A stretch of 64,000 nucleotides of DNA from IMG/VR virus record IMGVR_UViG_3300005537_000002, positions 113,638-177,637 of that record. One strand, given 5' to 3'. Origin of the DNA: a virus. The notes under the pieces are model-generated. The model saw nothing but the letters and a program-made list of their open reading frames with translations, ran no database searches and was not told where the DNA came from. Of this stretch, positions 47,921-55,472 are shown in pieces (within the stretch, counting starts at the first letter, position 1; each line of letters starts with the position of its first letter). The position numbers were made by a program, and so were the translations under genes.

Positions 47921-48719
47921 AGAGACCTCCTACAAAGGCGTGCAGTTCCGTAGTAGGATTGAGGCTCGCTGGGCAACAGTATTGGACGGGTTAGGAGTAG
48001 TTTGGCAGTACGAACGGCAAGGGTTTGTACTAGGTACGCTGTCGTATCTACCTGACCTGTACCTGCCACAGATCGGAGCTTCTGGCGTCTGGCTGGAGAT
48101 TAAGGGAGAGAAACCCTCCGATCAGGAGTTAGAGAAAGCTGACCTACTAGCGTTGTATACACGTAAACCAGTATACGTGCAGTGGGGTGACATTGAGTTA
48201 CCGGTTGAGAGCCAGACCGAGAGTGCGATCGTATACTGGCCAAGTCGTATCTACCACTACGAACCAAGGAAGTTTAAGATGACTCGCATGCCGATGGATG
48301 TCGAACCGTCTATTGCATCTGTGCTAACCCGCCTTCAGCAACAAGACTTGTACGTGTACGTGAGAGACCACCGGTTATATACGAAGGATCCGTATAGCCA
48401 CTGTACGGATATGTGGACCGCTCTTATCGACAAGTATAGAGCGGAACTAACAGCGACTCTACAGCAGATGCCAGAAGGTAGGAAATGGCGAGTCGAAGGT
48501 GGTTGGGATACGAATCAGTGGTGGTGTGAGTGTCCGAAGTGTGGGCTGATAGGACTTGCATGGCGGGGTAGAGTCGACAAGTTGCTGTGCAGATGCGTGA
48601 AGACTGTTGCACAGTCTTACCTAACTCCTAAGATTGTGAAGGCATTTGAGGATGGTCGTAGCGCTAGATTTGAGTTCCCCTCGCCTATCCCAATAGTTGC
48701 GACCTCGGCAGCTAGCTAG
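47895..48719 (+). CDS. PD-(D/E)XK nuclease with a C-terminal Cys cluster
   Basis: YKGVQFRSRIEARWA..YLPDLYLP..WLEIKG; CECPKCG..CRC. Confidence 0.8.
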   Translation: MMPPQWRAKETSYKGVQFRSRIEARWATVLDGLGVVWQYERQGFVLGTLSYLPDLYLPQIGASGVWLEIKGEKPSDQELEKADLLALYTRKPVYVQWGDIELPVESQTESAIVYWPSRIYHYEPRKFKMTRMPMDVEPSIASVLTRLQQQDLYVYVRDHRLYTKDPYSHCTDMWTALIDKYRAELTATLQQMPEGRKWRVEGGWDTNQWWCECPKCGLIGLAWRGRVDKLLCRCVKTVAQSYLTPKIVKAFEDGRSARFEFPSPIPIVATSAAS

Positions 48720-48728
48720 AAAGCCCTC

Positions 48729-48757
48729 TTGTAACTTCCACGTTTATATATTATAAT
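48729..48757 (+). promoter_or_regulatory. sigma70-type promoter
   Basis: TTGTAA-17-TATAAT. Confidence 0.7.
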
Positions 48758-48842
48758 ATAAACAAGAGATGTTGTTGCTTCTGAAGTCCTTCCACGTTCG
48801 TACTCTCCAGAAGCAACAACTGGCTTTAGTGTAGGAGGTTAC

Positions 48843-49301
48843 ATGTATACGATGGTGCTGGTGAGTGGAGACGTCGACGACGATACGAGACTGCTACTAG
48901 AAAGGCATTTACCGAGGGAAGTTTGTAGGACCGCCGTAACCGATAGTGGAGTTACGTGTTGGTTCTTTCCTGTAGGTACTAGAGTGGACCTTATTGAGGA
49001 GTTCGAGAAAGCTCGACCAGTTCTAGGCGATAGGTTCGGGATGCTGCGAGAGATAGGCATGCAACTAGCGTATGTAAGGATGCCGAATCTGGTGGCACAG
49101 ATACACTTGATATACGCCTATGGACCGGATGCTCGCTACAACACGTTTGTAGTTGGGCGACGGTGTGGAAAATGTCACTACTACTATGGAGTAGTAGAGT
49201 TCAATAAGCACGCTACAAGTGCTGAAGGGTTTCAAAGTTGGTGTCGACGGTGTTCGTCCCAACTCGGGCACAAGCCGAAAAGAGAGGATGTAGATGGTTA
49301 G
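48843..49301 (+). CDS. Hypothetical protein with a C-terminal Zn-binding domain
   Basis: RRCGKC..EFNKH....GFQSWCRRC, the Zn module often attached to phage HNH/EndoVII proteins. Confidence 0.55.
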   Translation: MYTMVLVSGDVDDDTRLLLERHLPREVCRTAVTDSGVTCWFFPVGTRVDLIEEFEKARPVLGDRFGMLREIGMQLAYVRMPNLVAQIHLIYAYGPDARYNTFVVGRRCGKCHYYYGVVEFNKHATSAEGFQSWCRRCSSQLGHKPKREDVDG

Positions 49302-50025
49302 TTTAATAGATACGTGTGTGTCTACAATACCTAAGTCCTATCGAGAGGTATTGTGGAGTATGTTGTTGGGTGAGTTGCTGTCTGCGTTGCGGTCCAGTGA
49401 AGGTTCCTCAACCTTGTATGAGTATGCGGAACAGCACTTGCAGTTGGAGCCTCCGTATGTACGTTCCTATATGAGGTTATCCCGACGCTTCGCAGAACGT
49501 GCTGACGAAGTGAAGTCGATTCCAATTGCTGGACTTAGAGCTCTAGCTGGGGAACAGCTAACAGATGAAGAGGCCGAAAGACTACTTGCCGATGTGCTAG
49601 ATGGGAAGATAGAACGACGTAGTTTGAGCATCACCGAGGTAGCCTTTAGACTGTCGCCTACCGCGATGCCGGAGTCCGAAGCGGCTCTTGTAGAGTTAGC
49701 CGTAGCGGTGGAAGCGACCAGTGTCGAGGTTGAAACTACGCCAGAAGGGGTGAGAGAGGTTGACCTTACTGGGATAGACGTGGATACAACTCTTTGGGGT
49801 GAGTCTGAACGCGGTTTGGAGTACGTAGAACCTCCAGTAGATGAAGAGATTCCTCTGCTTCCTTCGATGAGGGAACTCTCATACAGGGTCGTAACTTCGA
49901 GGGAGAGTGTAGAGCAAGAAATGGAGATTGCTCTACAGACAGTTGCGGGTCGTCTACGCCGATGGTCTGAGTTATTGGCTAAAGAAGCCTCTTATGTAGA
50001 ACGTGTACTCAAGAGGGTCCACTAA
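49294..50025 (+). CDS. DUF3102-like protein
   Basis: LYEYAEQHLQLEPPYVRSYMRLSRRF..IPIAGLRALA pattern (from memory). Confidence 0.4.
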   Translation: MVSLIDTCVSTIPKSYREVLWSMLLGELLSALRSSEGSSTLYEYAEQHLQLEPPYVRSYMRLSRRFAERADEVKSIPIAGLRALAGEQLTDEEAERLLADVLDGKIERRSLSITEVAFRLSPTAMPESEAALVELAVAVEATSVEVETTPEGVREVDLTGIDVDTTLWGESERGLEYVEPPVDEEIPLLPSMRELSYRVVTSRESVEQEMEIALQTVAGRLRRWSELLAKEASYVERVLKRVH

Positions 50026-50034
50026 GAGACTAAC

Positions 50035-50063
50035 TTGATTTTGTATATATTGTATACTATAAT
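50035..50063 (+). promoter_or_regulatory. Promoter of Ubl-like gene 1
   Basis: TTGATT-17-TATAAT. Confidence 0.7.
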
Positions 50064-50103
50064 TATATACAAGGACGTTGTTAGTTAGAAAGGTGTCCAC
50101 TGT

Positions 50104-50337
50104 ATGCATTCTTTAAGGGTTATGTCCTCTAGGGGAGACGACGCAGTTGTATGGAGCGATGATCTAGCGGAAGCTCAAACAGCCGCTGTAAGGGAAGCGG
50201 AAAGCATCTTCCAGAGCGCTATGCTGAGGAGAGACTCCGCCTTTGTGATCGTCGAGGGAGAGAAACCTCGACGTGTTACTACATTTGATCGTACAGCACC
50301 CCTAATTCTTATACTTCCTCGGGTAGTAGGTGGCTAG
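50104..50337 (+). CDS. Small di-glycine-ending ubiquitin-like (beta-grasp candidate) protein 1
   Basis: 77 aa, ends FDRTAPLILILPRVVGG-stop; paralogue of 57782-58030. Confidence 0.65.
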   Translation: MHSLRVMSSRGDDAVVWSDDLAEAQTAAVREAESIFQSAMLRRDSAFVIVEGEKPRRVTTFDRTAPLILILPRVVGG

Positions 50338-50438
50338 AGACAGATAGGTTCATCTGCTCTCCCTTCTAAAACAACACGGTGAGTACTAAGTACTCACCGT
50401 GTTGTTTGGTTGGTAACTACGTTTTCAGACGCCACCTC

Positions 50439-50468
50439 TTGATTTCTGGGTTCAATGTCAGTTATAAT
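50439..50468 (+). promoter_or_regulatory. sigma70-type promoter
   Basis: TTGATT-18-TATAAT. Confidence 0.7.
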
Positions 50469-50515
50469 ATCTTCATCCGGACATTGCGAGCCCATAGCAA
50501 GAATGTAGGTGGACA

Positions 50516-50926
50516 TTGGACCAAAGTCTTCATCATCTGCACGAAGAGATCCGTTTATTTCCTGCTTGGTTGAGAGAACTTCACGATATTGAGAGTGACG
50601 CTTATAGCTCACAATATACACGTCCTCCGTCAGACACGCCATTCGTAAGTGGCGGCTGGAGAGTCAACTCCCCAGTTGAACGTATAGTCATCAATGTATT
50701 GTGTAAAGATCACGTAGTACAGTTAGCTACGATTGTGAGAGCGTGCTTAGCACTGTACTTAGCGTGTCAGAATAAGGACAAGGTAGTACTCGTACAACTA
50801 TGGCGAGGTAAGCACCACGATATGCTGCCTGAAGACGTATTGCTACGGTACGAGGTATTGAAATCCCAAACGATACCCAATGACACTGTGCTAGAAGAGA
50901 TGGAGGCTACATGGCTAGAGTCCTAA
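50516..50926 (+). CDS. RinA/ArpU-like transcriptional activator
   Basis: SGG..NSPVERIVI..L..IVRACL.LY..KVVLVQLW pattern; lies immediately upstream of terS. Confidence 0.45.
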   Translation: MDQSLHHLHEEIRLFPAWLRELHDIESDAYSSQYTRPPSDTPFVSGGWRVNSPVERIVINVLCKDHVVQLATIVRACLALYLACQNKDKVVLVQLWRGKHHDMLPEDVLLRYEVLKSQTIPNDTVLEEMEATWLES

Positions 50927-51381
50927 CGCCAAAGTTTAACTCAGAGGTTACTAACACTATTATTGCGTACCTCGAGGAAGGTGCGTTCTTACATGTAGCC
51001 GCAGAAGCTGCCGGTGTAGGAGACAGCACCCTAGAAGGTTGGATAGCACGTGGCAAGAACTCGCCAGAAGGAGACCCCTACCACGACTTCTACATGGAAG
51101 TGATGAGTGCCCGAGCAGGCGCACGTGCTAAAGCGGAAGCGCGAGTGTATAAGGAGAACGCTCTTGCGTGGCTGATGTACGGACCGGGTAAATCTAAACC
51201 TAATAGTGAAGGTTGGTCAAGGTCTATGGAGGTCACAGGGACCCAAACGGTTGAAGTAAGGATACAGACTCAGTGGGGAGGCGGTCAACTAGAGCAACCT
51301 AGCGGCGAAACCAAGCAAGCGACTGTAGTAGACTCACAACCACCTGTGCTAGCGATTGATGAACGTAGCTCGCTTACTTGA
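50911..51381 (+). CDS. terS: Terminase small subunit
   Basis: PKFNSEV..IIAYLEEG..AAEAAGVGDSTLEGWIARG HTH, then EVMSARA..ALAWLM; located in the packaging region. Confidence 0.7.
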   Translation: MARVLTPKFNSEVTNTIIAYLEEGAFLHVAAEAAGVGDSTLEGWIARGKNSPEGDPYHDFYMEVMSARAGARAKAEARVYKENALAWLMYGPGKSKPNSEGWSRSMEVTGTQTVEVRIQTQWGGGQLEQPSGETKQATVVDSQPPVLAIDERSSLT

Positions 51382-51406
51382 TTTCGTGGGGAGTATATTA
51401 TATAAT
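51378..51406 (+). promoter_or_regulatory. Promoter of the RNA array
   Basis: TTGATT-17-TATAAT. Confidence 0.7.
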
Positions 51407-51474
51407 AATATCGAGAGCATTCTCTCGTTAGTTCAGGTGGTACTACATCTCCCTTGTTACCACCCGGAATCTAT

Positions 51475-51543
51475 TCACGCGGTGGTGTTGTGGTAACACA
51501 CTCAGGCTAACTAGGTGTTTCCCGTTCGAGTCGGGACGCGTGA
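51475..51543 (+). ncRNA. Degenerate tRNA-like element
   Basis: TCACGCG/CGCGTGA acceptor, D-stem and TCCCG-TTCGAGT-CGGGA T-arm; anticodon arm 2-3 nt short and malformed. Confidence 0.45.
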
Positions 51544-51712
51544 TCCGTAGTGGGGTAGCGACCTGCTACGATTCAGTAGATGCCAGTCGCAGTGGTCTTG
51601 TGGAATCTCCGTCTGCGGCGAAGCATTTGTTGACCTTCTACTAAGTACACGTGCTCCACAACCTTTTACTGTATGGCAGTGTATGAGAGCAGGTATTACT
51701 TAGCGGAAGCGT

Positions 51713-51782
51713 AGCGAGGAGAGCCGGTGCTCCGGGAGGTCTCATAAGCCTCCCTTGGCTAGTTCAACCCTAGCCCTCGCCA
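51713..51782 (+). tRNA. tRNA-Met(CAU), possibly initiator-like
   Basis: Loop CT-CAT-AA; T-arm GCTAG-TTCAACC-CTAGC; 1:72 mismatch; very short D-loop; no CCA. Confidence 0.7.
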
Positions 51783-51794
51783 TTATGGAGACCC

Positions 51795-51823
51795 TTGATT
51801 TTAAGAGTTTAGTATTATATAAT
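51795..51823 (+). promoter_or_regulatory. Promoter within the tRNA array
   Basis: TTGATT-17-TATAAT. Confidence 0.7.
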
Positions 51824-51904
51824 TAATACAAGGAGTTATGTAAATGAGTGTATGTGTCCATACCTTTCTTTGTGGAGAAAGCCTCAATTATTTACATAAC
51901 GCTT

Positions 51905-51976
51905 CCGAATGAAGTGCAGGGGTTGCACACTCGCCCTGGGAGCGAGAAGTCGTTGGTTCGAATCCAACCATTCGGA
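51905..51976 (+). tRNA. tRNA-Pro(UGG), non-canonical C33 and A8
   Basis: CTCGC-CCTGGGA-GCGAG anticodon arm; full cloverleaf. Confidence 0.8.
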
Positions 51977-52080
51977 CCGAGAAGGCTCTAGTGATTGCAC
52001 ATCACTTAAACTCAAATTTACCTGTGAGGGGGTAACTTAGAGGATAGAGCACTTCTCTATTTCATTCAGTCACGAAGTTG

Positions 52081-52156
52081 GCTAGTATAACTCAATTGGT
52101 AGAGTAGCGCTCCTGTAAAGCGCCTGTTGAGAGTTCGAGTCTCTCTGCTAGCTCCA
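52081..52156 (+). tRNA. tRNA-Thr(UGU), non-canonical C33
   Basis: GCGCT-CCTGTAA-AGCGC; encoded CCA. Confidence 0.85.
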
Positions 52157-52560
52157 AGACCTCTCGGGAAGGTCTTGCGATACTCTATGGAAGAGGAGTT
52201 GCTTCCATAGAGTACTTGATACACTTTGCCCTGTGAAGCCCTACTAATAAGCGTTGCTTCTCGCCGGACGCAACGGTATTGGTAGTACCTACTGAGCGAG
52301 TTGTATCAAGTCTTATGTGAGTCGACTGGCGTCTCCCTGGTATCGACAAGTACTCAGCTGGACCTCTGAACAGTCGACTCACATAAGTATTCGGTCCCGT
52401 CACGTCTAGGCTTTGTAGAACCCGTTGCATCAGTGCTACAAAGTTGTGCGGGTTGCAGAAGTCAGCAGTAGCGTTCTTTACTTTGCTTCGACCTCAAGTA
52501 AAGGTCGCCATCCACTGCTGACTCCCGAGACTATTTCGTTGTACCCTAACCGTACGAGCG
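52157..52560 (+). ncRNA. Candidate large structured RNA
   Basis: Perfect stems of 13, 10, 17, 9 and 8 bp, some nested; no RBS-supported plus-strand ORF. Confidence 0.45.
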
Positions 52561-52561
52561 T

Positions 52562-52633
52562 ACAAACTTAGCTCACTGGTAGAGCAATTGCTTTCGGTGC
52601 AATGGGTTACTGGTTCAAGTCCAGTAGTTTACC
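52562..52633 (+). tRNA. tRNA-Arg(UCG), acceptor stem degenerate
   Basis: ATTGC-TTTCGGT-GCAAT; good D and T arms; only 5 acceptor pairs. Confidence 0.6.
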
Positions 52634-52663
52634 TTAGCTCTTACAACTCGTACAGCGAAATAC

Positions 52664-52739
52664 GCTAGAGTAACTCAATTGGTAGAGTGCTTGTTTTCCA
52701 AACAAGCGGTTGAGGGTTCAAGTCCCTTCTCTAGCTCCA
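52664..52739 (+). tRNA. tRNA-Gly(UCC)
   Basis: CTTGT-TTTCCAA-ACAAG; U73; CCA. Confidence 0.9.
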
Positions 52740-52815
52740 CGGTACTTAGGAGATGAGGTACCGTGACAGTGTCGCGAAAGTGCGTGAGAGTATACGGAGC
52801 TCTCACGCACTTTGC

Positions 52816-52896
52816 AGAGTCTTTAGCTTAAAAGGTAAAGCACTACTCGAACGGGGGTGTCTGAGTAAGGATGTGGTTCGATTCCACAAGGCTCTA
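52816..52896 (+). tRNA. tRNA-like cloverleaf with a 14-nt anticodon loop
   Basis: Acceptor, D and T arms intact; TACTC/GAGTA stem encloses GAACGGGGGTGTCT. Confidence 0.5.
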
Positions 52897-53069
52897 TCGT
52901 AGATCGCGTCGGCACTAGGCACGCCGACGAGTCCGTTCCAGGATAATGACGCGATCTACGACTTTGATTAGTGTGAGAAGCTAATCAAAGTCGGGACTAG
53001 TTTACACTTGGTCATACTGAACTGGATGAGTCTCTCTTAAGCATGATGGAGCTATAACTAGTCCCACTA

Positions 53070-53154
53070 GGGAGTGAGGGTAGCACTATGATAACGTTTG
53101 TTTCCAGGTTGCAAGCGCTCGTAGGGTGCAGTTCGAATCTGCACGCTTCCACCA
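53070..53154 (+). ncRNA. tRNA-like element with an Ala-type acceptor (G3-U70, A73, CCA)
   Basis: GGGAGTG/CGCTTCC-A-CCA and canonical T-arm; no canonical D or anticodon arm. Confidence 0.5.
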
Positions 53155-53234
53155 GGAGTAGCGGAGTCCATCTCTTGCGACTTTCTGACTTGGGGAATAT
53201 GGGGATCAACGCGCAAGCATAGATCCTCTCGCTT

Positions 53235-53307
53235 GCCAGTGTGGTGCAACGGCAGACACCTATGGTTTAGGCCCATAGCATTAAGGGTTCGATTCCCTTC
53301 ACTGGCA
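53235..53307 (+). tRNA. tRNA-Leu(UAG) with a short variable loop
   Basis: TATGG-TTTAGGC-CCATA; 5-nt variable region; A73. Confidence 0.85.
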
Positions 53308-53374
53308 TTCCTTTGAGGAACTCCGCGCCTTCAAAGGAAATCTTCCGCTTCAGTGCTTTACAACTGAATAAGGT

Positions 53375-53444
53375 CTGTGAAGTCGTACAACCGGTAGTAC
53401 CAGCTTAGGACAGGTTGATGTAGGTTCGAATCCTACTTTCGCAA
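53375..53444 (+). pseudogene. Degenerate tRNA-like element
   Basis: D-arm GTAC/GTAC and T-arm GTAGG-TTCGAAT-CCTAC; anticodon/variable region 3-4 nt short. Confidence 0.4.
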
Positions 53445-53847
53445 TGAGAGGCTGACTACATTCAATTTCGGGAGTGTAGTGTGTCGGAATGAATTGTGGT
53501 TGGTCTTTCTCACGGGAGTTGCGGTCCGTAGGGAGAGGACACCGTTCTGAGTACCGGGAATGAGCAAGAACATTCTGTCGGCTCCAGGAGAGGACACTGT
53601 AGTTCGTAGGTGACTCCTGACGCCACCAAAGCAAGTTGGTCCATTGGGTTGTTGCTTGCTTGCGGAAAGGATGTACCGAAAGACTATAGCAGACTCAACG
53701 GAGACTGCGTAGTAGGGTATGCGGTCACGCGGAGAAGTGAGTTCGAATCTCACCAACTTCCATCACTAAGGGATGAGTTGCCTGTCGACCTTAGTGACGA
53801 CTTTCTAGGGGTAGTGTCGTATCCGGTCTCAATAACGACACTACTTC

Positions 53848-53921
53848 GTCCGACTAGCTTAACAAGGAAGAGCGCTTCACTCCAAATGAAGCAGATGAGG
53901 GTTCGAGTCCTTCGTCGGGCG
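53848..53921 (+). tRNA. tRNA-Trp(CCA)
   Basis: CTTCA-CTCCAAA-TGAAG; full cloverleaf. Confidence 0.9.
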
Positions 53922-54036
53922 TTAGTGTAGGGTTAGCTTCTTTCCTTCTAACCTACACTATAAAGGTCATCGATCCTTTCGCGGTGACTTACTAGCTACA
54001 CGAGGACGTAAAGATGTTTTACGTCCTTCACTTTTC

Positions 54037-54112
54037 GGTCTTGTAGCTCAACGGTAGAGAGCACCGACCTTATAAGTCGAAGATAGTGGTTCAACTCCAC
54101 TCGAGACTACCA
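54037..54112 (+). tRNA. tRNA-Ile(UAU)
   Basis: Loop CT-TAT-AA; A73; encoded CCA. Confidence 0.85.
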
Positions 54113-54136
54113 AAAACAAACAGAGGAGAGTTAGTA

Positions 54137-54442
54137 GTGCGTATCTATTGTGAAGACGGTAAGTTGTTTCTCGCTATCAACGACAGTACATTCTTCCACA
54201 CTATTGAGGAGTGGAGTCAATTCTTTATTAAGTGTAATTGGTTCGACTTCCATCTATGGCAGGCATACCTAATGTGGGATATCTGCGTTCCAGGTGTAGA
54301 AGCGGAATTTATTCTATTAGGGTTGGGAGTTCGCTTTCGAATGAACTTCGATTGGGAAGGAAGCGAGATTGGAGACCGACTAGAAGAACTTCGTAGGTCT
54401 CGGGAGCCCGATCCGTGTGAGGATGAATATGAGTTGTCTTAG
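54137..54442 (+). CDS. Hypothetical protein between tRNAs
   Basis: GAGGAG RBS, GTG start; stop overlaps the 5' end of tRNA-Phe. Confidence 0.6.
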   Translation: MRIYCEDGKLFLAINDSTFFHTIEEWSQFFIKCNWFDFHLWQAYLMWDICVPGVEAEFILLGLGVRFRMNFDWEGSEIGDRLEELRRSREPDPCEDEYELS

Positions 54443-54505
54443 CTCAGTAGGTAGAGCGCCACACTGAAAATGTGGGTGTCACTGGTTCGAGTCCAGTAGG
54501 CAACA
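54433..54505 (+). tRNA. tRNA-Phe(GAA)
   Basis: CCACA-CTGAAAA-TGTGG; full cloverleaf. Confidence 0.92.
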
Positions 54506-54591
54506 TTGACTGTAGGCATTAGCAGCTGTGCTAAACCGGTCTAGCTAACCGGAAGAGACCTACAGAAAAGTACTTAGCAGAAGGAGACCCC

Positions 54592-55101
54592 ATGAAATCG
54601 TTGTCACCGTCACTGTTGATGAAGGCCGCAGTTATTGTCGTCGTAGCATGGTTGTTGCTGATCGGTATACCTAACCTTTTGAAGCCGACTGAAGCAGCAA
54701 CGCAATCGAACTTGCGACCTACTGCACAGTCAGGTAGTAGTCTTTTTCCATCCGACGTGAGACCTAGTCCTCAAAGTGCCTGTATCTCAGCGAAGCATAG
54801 TAACGACCCAACTATGACTTCCGATTTACAATATTGTGGTAGCAACCAGTACGTACTAGTGATTACTCCCGGTGGAGGATTCAATACGGGGAACGTTGTT
54901 AGTTGTACTGAGACAACTGCAGCGAATCCAGGAGGCGTAGCGTTACAAGCGTACCCATTCCTTGGTGGACATGAGTACAACTGCTTCCCTATAGGAGATT
55001 GGCTTTCAGTAAGCGCCATTTGGTACTCTAGTGATGATGCTAATCCTAGTTTGGGTAATCGAATGTCAGTGACATATCAACGACCTGTAGCAAATCCCTA
55101 G
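54592..55101 (+). CDS. Membrane-anchored or secreted protein
   Basis: N-terminal hydrophobic helix, then a Ser/Pro linker and a 4-Cys domain. Confidence 0.7.
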   Translation: MKSLSPSLLMKAAVIVVVAWLLLIGIPNLLKPTEAATQSNLRPTAQSGSSLFPSDVRPSPQSACISAKHSNDPTMTSDLQYCGSNQYVLVITPGGGFNTGNVVSCTETTAANPGGVALQAYPFLGGHEYNCFPIGDWLSVSAIWYSSDDANPSLGNRMSVTYQRPVANP

Positions 55102-55177
55102 TAGATCGTTTTCATAACCGGCCTTAACCGTAGAGTTCGAACTCTACGGTTAAGTATTTCCCTCGAAAGGTCTCCCA

Positions 55178-55420
55178 ATGCTAAGACTCTCAGAGACATT
55201 CTCTCCTATCGGCAGTTGTAGTATCTGTAAAGCTCCAGTGTACATGCAGAAGAAGTATCGAGAAGGTGCAAACTACCGACGTAAGACTTGCGAACACACA
55301 CAAGCCCGTATTATGGTACAAGATCTCGAATACCTCAACAGCTTACCTAAACTTACATACCTAACGTTTTGTCTAGGTATGTACATGAAACGGATCTACC
55401 TCGAGTCTTTGGTAGCCTAA
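55178..55420 (+). CDS. Small Cys-containing hypothetical protein
   Basis: CSIC..CEH. Confidence 0.55.
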   Translation: MLRLSETFSPIGSCSICKAPVYMQKKYREGANYRRKTCEHTQARIMVQDLEYLNSLPKLTYLTFCLGMYMKRIYLESLVA

Positions 55421-55470
55421 ACAGCAAAAACGCCTGAGTTCAGTTAAGAACTCAGGCGTTTTTGCTGTTA
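55419..55470. terminator. Bidirectional intrinsic terminator
   Basis: AACAGCAAAAACGCCTGAGTT / AACTCAGGCGTTTTTGCTGTT between convergent genes. Confidence 0.85.
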
Positions 55471-55472
55471 AT

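Noticed and set aside
51475-51543. Amber suppressor tRNA or TAG recoding (CTA in the loop; many genes end in TAG)
   Set aside because: The anticodon arm is malformed. TAG ends terL at a normal length and is often followed by the next RBS, and the 970-codon protease ORF has no in-frame TAG
52853-53154. Full tmRNA using GGGGGTG at 52853 as its 5' end
   Set aside because: It could pair with the CCACCA acceptor, but I found no tag reading frame ending in an Ala-rich degron, and a closer 5' partner exists at 53070
53310-53345. RNase P RNA (GAGGAACTCC resembles GAGGAAAGTCC)
   Set aside because: The match lies within a simple local hairpin and the 3' half of the P4 helix was not found
53660-53765. 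tRNA-Ser from the T-arm GTGAG-TTCGAAT-CTCAC
   Set aside because: I could not build a convincing acceptor, D or anticodon arm at canonical spacing
52185-53930. Track ORFs overlapping the RNA array (52185-52430, 53012-53276, 53350-53930)
   Set aside because: They overlap tRNAs or long RNA stems and lack RBS or protein-like features
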